This document shows, in pieces, positions 58,188 through 64,000 of a DNA stretch of 64,000 nt. The stretch is from an uncultured Candidatus Saccharibacteria bacterium. GTDB taxonomy: Bacteria > Patescibacteriota > UBA1384 > 2-12-FULL-50-11. Under the pieces are notes generated by a model that worked only from the letters and a program-made list of their open reading frames with translations, searched no databases and was not told the DNA's origin. The stretch is taken from assembly GCA_964599405.1 (NCBI GenBank), contig CAZRED010000001.1:149942-213941 (forward strand). Direction: 5' to 3'. Numbering within the stretch: position 1 is the first letter of the stretch; the number at the start of each line of letters is the position of its first letter. The position numbers and the translations under genes were made by a program.

Positions 58188-58568
58188 TTACTTGGCTACG
58201 TAACGATTACCGGCTTTTGAATAGGCCTCTTGTTCGTACTTGTTATTACGGTAACCGTGCCGTGCCGACTCCAACGAATAGAGAAAAAAGTGAACGAACG
58301 GCTCTCGCTCATACTGTTGAACGTGAATGAGCTCGTGAACAAGATCCTTTTCGTCAGCCAAAGGCCCGAGCTGGACAACATTACCGTTCGCGAGTGCCCG
58401 GGCGCCTCGGTAAGCTGGGATCCAATCGAGCCACCAAAAGCTTTTTACTCGGAAAATAAGGGCAAAAGGCTTCATAGAAATCTTAACGCCTGTCGGCATC
58501 GATAATACCGCCCCGATTAAGCCAATTAACGTCCATGGCAAGTTGAGGATCAGAGCCAGGAACTTCAT
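58188..58568 (-). CDS. DUF4157-type HExxH zinc-metallopeptidase-like small membrane protein
   Basis: N-terminal TM. RGARALANGNVVQLGPLADEKDLVHELIHVQQYE matches the DUF4157 core with HELIH. Confidence 0.55.
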   Translation of the reverse strand: MKFLALILNLPWTLIGLIGAVLSMPTGVKISMKPFALIFRVKSFWWLDWIPAYRGARALANGNVVQLGPLADEKDLVHELIHVQQYEREPFVHFFLYSLESARHGYRNNKYEQEAYSKAGNRYVAK

Positions 58569-59227
58569 TCTGGTAAACGGTCATATAGCGCATTGAGAGC
58601 GCTGGTTCGAAGAGCCCAGCCAGAGTCGCCATAGCTCCAGTGCCACCACTCGCCGACGTAATTTGTTAGGCCGACTGATTCCATGGCACCGGTTAGTAAT
58701 TGACGGTTCTTTCGCGTCTTTTCACTTAGCCCCTTGACGCTAGTTTCAGCACTTTCGGTGCTCCACGGTTCGTACGGCGAAGTCATATCCAACATCTTCC
58801 CAGTTTTATTGTCGATTAAATAAATATCAGCCGCTCCACCGGTTAAATGTGGGGGCGGACATCGGTCATCAGCGGGCGCTGAAAACTCATTAATTTTTCG
58901 CTGCAGTGCGGCTTTGGTCCAATTAGGGTACTTTTCGGTCATAATTTTTCGAACCCACTCGTTATTAGAACGTTGAACCTCGATCGGCCGAAAACCTTCA
59001 AAAATAACTAATTCAATTCCGGCTGGTAGTTTTTCCGCAGCCTCGGCAAGTTTTTTAGCGACCGTTTCGCGCAACAATATGCTGCGCTCAATGCCTGGCA
59101 TAACAGGATGTTCTTCAGCTTTGTGAACTCGCTTCGATAAGGATGTCGGATCAATCAACTTCTCGCCGTTATCCTCGATTGGTACGGCTCGCAGTTTCTT
59201 CAACGGCTCACCGAAGGACTTAGCCAT
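58565..59227 (-). CDS. D-Ala-D-Ala dipeptidase, M15 VanX/DdpX family
   Basis: xHxxGxAxD (PPHLTGGAADIY) and ExxH (GEWWHW) catalytic motifs. Confidence 0.65.
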   Translation of the reverse strand: MAKSFGEPLKKLRAVPIEDNGEKLIDPTSLSKRVHKAEEHPVMPGIERSILLRETVAKKLAEAAEKLPAGIELVIFEGFRPIEVQRSNNEWVRKIMTEKYPNWTKAALQRKINEFSAPADDRCPPPHLTGGAADIYLIDNKTGKMLDMTSPYEPWSTESAETSVKGLSEKTRKNRQLLTGAMESVGLTNYVGEWWHWSYGDSGWALRTSALNALYDRLPE

Positions 59228-59627
59228 TTAAATATTCTAGGTAGAGTCGACAGCAGTCACCCATAACCTTCATTGATCCCAACTGCTTCTTTGGCTCAAA
59301 CCAGCCTAGCTCGATATAATCGTCAGAAGCTATTCTCGGCTCACCACTCTCGATAATTGCTTCGTAGTCGTGCATAAATAAGATGAAATCATCACGCTCT
59401 GACTTACCTTCGTTTATCAGCTTGCCGGTAGCTAACTCAATCCCAAGTTTATCTTTGCCGATTCGGTTAATAGTTTCTTCGGGGCTCTCTTCACCATCCA
59501 CGAAATACGATGGTAGACTCCAGGCAAGTGGGTAAGAGCGTTTACGAGCTGAGCGCTTCGCAAACAACGTTTTGCCCTTACTGTCATTGATAACCACAGA
59601 AATTGCGTGACGAACCGGCTTGCTCAT
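59220..59627 (-). CDS. NUDIX-like hydrolase
   Basis: Approximate Nudix box GEESPEETINRIGKDKLGIEL. Confidence 0.45.
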   Translation of the reverse strand: MSKPVRHAISVVINDSKGKTLFAKRSARKRSYPLAWSLPSYFVDGEESPEETINRIGKDKLGIELATGKLINEGKSERDDFILFMHDYEAIIESGEPRIASDDYIELGWFEPKKQLGSMKVMGDCCRLYLEYLNG

Positions 59628-60361
59628 AAATGGTACGTATCCAAGAATCTGCCAATACTTTCGTTTATTTCTTTGATGGCTGTTGGGTGATAGCGGTAGT
59701 CGTGCTTGGACTTAATCTCATGGATTTCTTTTGGCTCAGCCGAGGATTCGTAAGCTTTCTGTACGTCTCCTGGTTCGGCCATCACATCCTCCGTGCCGTA
59801 AAAGAACAGCTTTGGTTTACTCCAGACTTTCAGTCCGGGCAGGGCGTTATACTTTTGACCATCTTCAAAATAGCTCAGAGGTAGTTTAAAAACCTTCTTT
59901 TTATCTGTCGGTGCAGTACCCGGCGGCAAGTCCCTAAAAGACTCGTCATAGCCCAGCGTTTTCGCGTTTTTTCCTGGAGGACTAGCCGGCCCGACGTTAG
60001 AAAATATGGCAACGATATGTGATACATGCGGATTGTTAGGTCCAGAGAGCATTGCCACGCTTCCACCCCTACTATGACCGGCCAGAACGGTTGGTTTGTT
60101 GCCAAAGTATTCGATTAACTCGTTTACTGCTTTGATGTAGTTGGTGGTGGTGTAAATATCAATTTCCCCGGCACTTTCCCAAGTTCCGGGCGGGTCAAAC
60201 GAGAGAGCTAAATATCCTTTTCCCGCCAAGTAATCTACAAGGCTCATGTTGTGAGCGTAGTCTTTGGTGTCTAAACGGCCGGGAATAACAATCGCGAGCT
60301 TGTCTGAATTTGGATCACCTTTGATGTATTCAGCCAGTTCAAAGCTTTTAGTTTTTATCAT
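59624..60361 (-). CDS. Alpha/beta-hydrolase (dienelactone-hydrolase-like)
   Basis: GHSRGGS nucleophile elbow. Later Asp and His. Confidence 0.6.
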   Translation of the reverse strand: MIKTKSFELAEYIKGDPNSDKLAIVIPGRLDTKDYAHNMSLVDYLAGKGYLALSFDPPGTWESAGEIDIYTTTNYIKAVNELIEYFGNKPTVLAGHSRGGSVAMLSGPNNPHVSHIVAIFSNVGPASPPGKNAKTLGYDESFRDLPPGTAPTDKKKVFKLPLSYFEDGQKYNALPGLKVWSKPKLFFYGTEDVMAEPGDVQKAYESSAEPKEIHEIKSKHDYRYHPTAIKEINESIGRFLDTYHL

Positions 60362-61013
60362 TGAAAACTATATGGTCGCCTTCACCGACAACTTCTAATT
60401 TGTCGCCTTCAATCTTGATCGCAGTGTTATCGTCAACTGCGTAAGTTGGAATATCTATTTCTTCTGCACATTTAGCGATCTTGTTCTCGCGCAAGTTAGT
60501 AAAGTATTCCGAGTTTAAGTGGGGCAAGAGACAGAAATCAACAATGCTAAGACCATCTTTGACGCCCATTTCGTTTGTTTCCCCTGGATAGAGAAAGTCG
60601 TTGTACGGAATATCGAGCCTTGGTCCCATCACCATACTGCCAGCGCTAATACCGACATAAATCTTTGATTCCAACAACCTCTGTAATATTTCAGCTAAGC
60701 CGGATTGGGTGATGTGCCACATTAGGTGAAAAGTGTTGCCGCCGCCCATAAAAATTATGTCGGCTTTTTCGAGTCGAGGCCTCCAGTTTTCCGGCTTCAC
60801 TGCGGCAATATCCACAATGTCGAGATATTTAAACCCACAGTCTCGTGTCTGAACCAAGTTCTCTATCAACCAAGTCTTTTCTTCGTTCACCGCACTGGCA
60901 GCTGTGGGGATAAAGACTGCTGAAAGCTCGGTTAATGGCTTTCCCGCTAATTGTTGCAGCACGTTTTTAAGTGTTGGGTTTGTGATACCCGAGGAAGTAA
61001 GAAGAGCCTTCAT
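60348..61013 (-). CDS. Peptidase S51 (dipeptidase E-like)
   Basis: GGGNTFHL and GISAGSMV motifs. Confidence 0.65.
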   Translation of the reverse strand: MKALLTSSGITNPTLKNVLQQLAGKPLTELSAVFIPTAASAVNEEKTWLIENLVQTRDCGFKYLDIVDIAAVKPENWRPRLEKADIIFMGGGNTFHLMWHITQSGLAEILQRLLESKIYVGISAGSMVMGPRLDIPYNDFLYPGETNEMGVKDGLSIVDFCLLPHLNSEYFTNLRENKIAKCAEEIDIPTYAVDDNTAIKIEGDKLEVVGEGDHIVFNDKN

Positions 61014-61016
61014 AAG

Positions 61017-61415
61017 CTACCCTAGCTTAACTGATCGCCACCAATAAGGCTGAACTTGTTTTAGCGATACCGATTGCCATTTAGTCGGATCGTTTTCTTG
61101 CGGAATTGCTACCTGCACTTCTCCACCAAACCAAAAGAAGCGTTCCTGGCAAATACCGCAAGGAGTATAAACGATTATCTGCCCAGTTTTATCGTTATTG
61201 GCGATACAAATTGAGGCGGCAATTTTCTTCTTTAATTTTTGGGCTTCACAAATTGGTCCAGCTTCAGCGCACAGACAAACTTGGTCGTGTGGACTTTCTG
61301 TTGAAACTCCGGTCAGAATTTGGCCATCTTCTGTATAACAAGCGCTCACAGCTTGATCGGGATGCTGTTCCAATAGTTCCTTTGCTGCACCGTACAATTT
61401 GTCATCAACTTTCAT
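61017..61415 (-). CDS. cdd: Cytidine deaminase
   Basis: CAEAGPICEA and PCGICQERF zinc-binding motifs of the CDA fold. Confidence 0.7.
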   Translation of the reverse strand: MKVDDKLYGAAKELLEQHPDQAVSACYTEDGQILTGVSTESPHDQVCLCAEAGPICEAQKLKKKIAASICIANNDKTGQIIVYTPCGICQERFFWFGGEVQVAIPQENDPTKWQSVSLKQVQPYWWRSVKLG

Positions 61416-61419
61416 ATTG

Positions 61420-61962
61420 CTAAAGTCTTTCTAGAAACTCTTTTAGTTTTTCAAATGGTTTGATTTGAATATAGGTTTTACGATCATCTTCCTCGCTTAA
61501 CGAAGCTCGAGTTACGGAATAGCCTTCGGGAATAAATATCCTGTCCCAACCAAAGCCGTTCTCGCCGGTCGGAGTTTCGGCAATCTCGCCGTTCATTGAA
61601 CCCTCAAATAGCTCTAGGCGCTCGCCGTCGTAATAACCAAATACGCATCGAGCGATCGCCTTTCGGTCTTTGCCGTCGAGCAATGAACAAATTGTTTCAA
61701 AAGGCATCTCGTCAACAAAGAAGCGGATGAAAGTGCCGGGTAACCGACCAAGGGCAGAGAATTCTAACGACACGTCCTCAACAATCACCGGCTTTTTAAT
61801 CTGCTCGTATGCCTGTTTAACTTTGTGTTCAACGATTTCTTTAAGATCTAACGATTGAAGCTCGTCCAGATCCAGCTTTTGATGTTCGACGGGAAACCCT
61901 AAAAATTTCGCTAAATAATCAGCTTTATTTTGATTGCCAGTAATAAATACGATTTCTTTCAT
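61420..61962 (-). CDS. rdgB: Non-canonical purine NTP pyrophosphatase (RdgB/Ham1)
   Basis: ITGNQNKADY N-terminal motif. FGYD/GFGWD motif. Confidence 0.75.
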   Translation of the reverse strand: MKEIVFITGNQNKADYLAKFLGFPVEHQKLDLDELQSLDLKEIVEHKVKQAYEQIKKPVIVEDVSLEFSALGRLPGTFIRFFVDEMPFETICSLLDGKDRKAIARCVFGYYDGERLELFEGSMNGEIAETPTGENGFGWDRIFIPEGYSVTRASLSEEDDRKTYIQIKPFEKLKEFLERL

Positions 61963-62003
61963 CTACTAAATTGTACTCCTGAACCTGGGGTCAGTCGAGG
62001 CGG

Positions 62004-63359
62004 CTAGGAATTTAATGTAATCAGTTTTCGATTTTCTATGTAGAGGACGGTGCTTAGGCAGCTAACTAGCTGTCGCTTCTCTTCTTTGGCGCCTTCTTCA
62101 AAGATATGTCTGATGAAATTCTTGTGAAGGGTTTGCTCAACGCCCTCTTCGTCCATTCCCATGACACTGAAGCGCTGGAAAATGGCGAACTTTTCTTTCA
62201 GCCCTGGATTAATTTTGATCTGCTCGAGAGCCGGGTCGTCAAACCTAGATACTAACTCCTCAATTAAGATCTCTTCTCTAATATACGGTTCTGGGCAGTG
62301 AAGATCCCGGGCTTTGGTACAGTGGTAGTAGATATATTTATGCAAGCCTTTCTTGGTTTGCTTAGACTTCTCTTGAGCTGTAATTCCTGATCCACACGTA
62401 GCGCATTTAAATATTTTACTGAAAGTGAACGTCTTAGTACCCGGCCTGGTTTTCGGGTGGATAGCTAACTTCAGCTGAACTTCTTTAAATAGCTCTTTTG
62501 AGATGATTGGTTCGTAGGAACCCTTGTACCATTTGCCGCTACCGACTGGGAACTCAAACGTGCCGCAGTAATACGGATTATTGAGCATCCGATAAATTGA
62601 GCTTAGAGTCAGCAGCTTGCCGGTTCTCGTACGGAAATTAGCCTCGTTTTTATGCCAGGCGAAGATATCTCGCCCTGAAGCGCCAGCCGCTACTTTCTCG
62701 AACATTTCCTTAATAAACGGGGCTATCTTCTGATCTACAAAGACTTTCTTCAGACCCTTACCGGAATAGTGATCATTTAAGTAGCCAAGTGGTGTTAAAT
62801 TCGGGCGAAAACCGAGCTGGCACTTGGTTTTCATGCCTCGTTTGACGTTGACCCCTCGATTATCGTTCTCCAGCTTGGCTTGGGAGCAAAGGATCATCAG
62901 CAAAAATTTGTCATTTGGCGAGTTGGTAAAACTTTGTCCGTGAGTCCGGATTTGGGTCAGGTAACCGTTGTCCATCAGGTCAACAATTGCGCCTAGGTCC
63001 CCGGCATTGCGACTTAATCTATCCGGTGCCCAGCTAAGAATGCCCTGGAACACTCCACATCGAATGTCAGCGATTAATTGGTTGAAAACCGGCCTCTGGC
63101 CAGTCGCCTTGGCCGAATGGCTCTCTTGGCGAATTTCGATCACACTTATCCCTTCTGATTGAGCCTGAACGGTCATTTCCCGGATCTGGGATTCAATTGA
63201 AAGAGCTTGCCGTTCGTCGTCTTCGCTGCTTTTACGGGCATATAAACAGTAGTTAACTCTAACTACGGGCTTATCGGCTACGTTAACAGGATGACCGTTC
63301 TCTTCTTGTGGCAGAGTAATTGGCGATGTGTTGGTTAGCTGAACCTGTTCTTCTTCCAT
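62004..63359 (-). CDS. Large serine recombinase
   Basis: N-terminal resolvase domain with catalytic Ser (YARKSSEDDE...SIESQ), recombinase domain, and C-terminal zinc ribbon (CATCGS...YYHCTKARDLHCPEPY). Confidence 0.8.
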   Translation of the reverse strand: MEEEQVQLTNTSPITLPQEENGHPVNVADKPVVRVNYCLYARKSSEDDERQALSIESQIREMTVQAQSEGISVIEIRQESHSAKATGQRPVFNQLIADIRCGVFQGILSWAPDRLSRNAGDLGAIVDLMDNGYLTQIRTHGQSFTNSPNDKFLLMILCSQAKLENDNRGVNVKRGMKTKCQLGFRPNLTPLGYLNDHYSGKGLKKVFVDQKIAPFIKEMFEKVAAGASGRDIFAWHKNEANFRTRTGKLLTLSSIYRMLNNPYYCGTFEFPVGSGKWYKGSYEPIISKELFKEVQLKLAIHPKTRPGTKTFTFSKIFKCATCGSGITAQEKSKQTKKGLHKYIYYHCTKARDLHCPEPYIREEILIEELVSRFDDPALEQIKINPGLKEKFAIFQRFSVMGMDEEGVEQTLHKNFIRHIFEEGAKEEKRQLVSCLSTVLYIENRKLITLNS

Positions 63360-63405
63360 TTACAGGAGGAAGGGTACCGCCACGGTCTAGCAAGTCAAGC
63401 GAAAT

Positions 63406-63918
63406 TTAGGAGTAATTCTTTCGTAAAACGTCGAGCCTCTTTTTCAGCTCGTACGGGTCGTCAATGTGGTCCATTTTCTTGTCTTTCTGCCCGACGTCAG
63501 CCGTATGAACACTTATACCACCAATCTTGAGTAGCTTTCTTTCGAGAAATCCCTGCTCGACGGTGATATCGGTAATCTTTTCGTAATCGAGGCTAGTAGT
63601 TTTATGGCTTAGCCAGCCGGTATGGATAACCACTCTTTTATTGGTTAACGCATAAGCTCGAGCGGCCTTTAGATAAAAGGCGAAGTAGAAGAAGATGCTG
63701 CCAAAGATGATCAAGCTGATCCAAGTTCTCCCGAAGAACCACATTGCCAAAAGACCAATAATTATTGATATAGCCATACCAAGCATCATGTAGTTGTCGC
63801 TTACGCCGAACTCATGGACAATCTTTTCATCCTCGCTCAGAACCTTGTTCCAAATATCTGGATGCTCGAGCCTCACTCCCGCCTCCTTTGGCTGATCTAA
63901 ATTAGGGGATTCTAACAT
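63406..63918 (-). CDS. Bacterial PH-domain (DUF304/YdbS-like) membrane protein
   Basis: Two N-terminal TM helices then KRVVIHTGWLSHKTTSLDYEKITDITVEQGFLERKL. Confidence 0.6.
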   Translation of the reverse strand: MLESPNLDQPKEAGVRLEHPDIWNKVLSEDEKIVHEFGVSDNYMMLGMAISIIIGLLAMWFFGRTWISLIIFGSIFFYFAFYLKAARAYALTNKRVVIHTGWLSHKTTSLDYEKITDITVEQGFLERKLLKIGGISVHTADVGQKDKKMDHIDDPYELKKRLDVLRKNYS

Positions 63919-64000
63919 TTCTTGGCGCCTTATTTGTAGTCTTCAACGGTCATGGTGTAGGTACCGAGCGAGTTCGAATCAATATAGTAGTCACCCTTCC

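Noticed and set aside
1-64000. CRISPR arrays, rRNA genes, transposase/IS elements
   Set aside because: No regularly spaced direct repeats, rRNA-like sequence or transposase ORFs were seen. The only tandem DNA repeat is the 21-bp array at 38029.

Overview
This 64 kb window is a gene-dense bacterial chromosomal segment with a monoderm (Gram-positive-type) envelope signature: several sortases and LPXTG substrates, MurJ, Ddl, an L,D-transpeptidase, and a VanX-like dipeptidase. The lineage cannot be assigned from this window alone. Leaderless-type promoters, compact intergenic regions and many small membrane proteins would fit either a CPR/Patescibacteria-like or a Chloroflexota/Firmicutes-like organism. 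GC content is about 50%.

The conserved housekeeping genes are lepA (partial), murJ, lepB, ftsH, an ABC exporter, ddl, a beta-CASP RNase, rmuC, lysS, two adjacent sigma-70 genes with dnaG, and several tRNAs.

The accessory content is unusually rich:
- A roughly 11.5 kb surface-protein cluster (25.5-37.0 kb) encodes a cohesin-like protein, two tandem small secreted paralogs, a DUF916-like C-terminally anchored protein, a 1914-aa repeat-rich giant protein, an LPXTG protein and a sortase. The two paralogs and the giant protein all end in the same roughly 170-aa module, which carries two Trp-x-Leu motifs (WxL-like). This cluster is the best candidate for an undescribed cell-surface complex.
- A metal/copper-type island (19.7-25.4 kb) encodes DUF305, DUF2200, a Kv-like K+ channel, a His-rich CPH-type P1B ATPase and a Met-rich micro-ORF. 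Its transcription units are driven by a repeated, unusually conserved promoter cassette (CTCGACATTYCCAGGTTC ... TAnAAT) that places the -10 element 6-9 nt from the start codon, i.e. leaderless.
- A tRNA gene is interrupted in its anticodon loop by a 117-nt insert that carries a complete tRNA-Ile(UAU), on top of a roughly 20-bp extended helix.
- A second LPXTG substrate, carrying an ice-binding-like (DUF3494) domain, sits next to its own sortase.
- A 21-bp tandem repeat lies over the RBS and start codon of a hydrolase gene.
- A 45-aa Cys-rich, metallothionein-like micro-ORF was missed by the ORF track.
- A possible integrated segment ending in a large serine recombinase lies downstream of tRNA-Ser.
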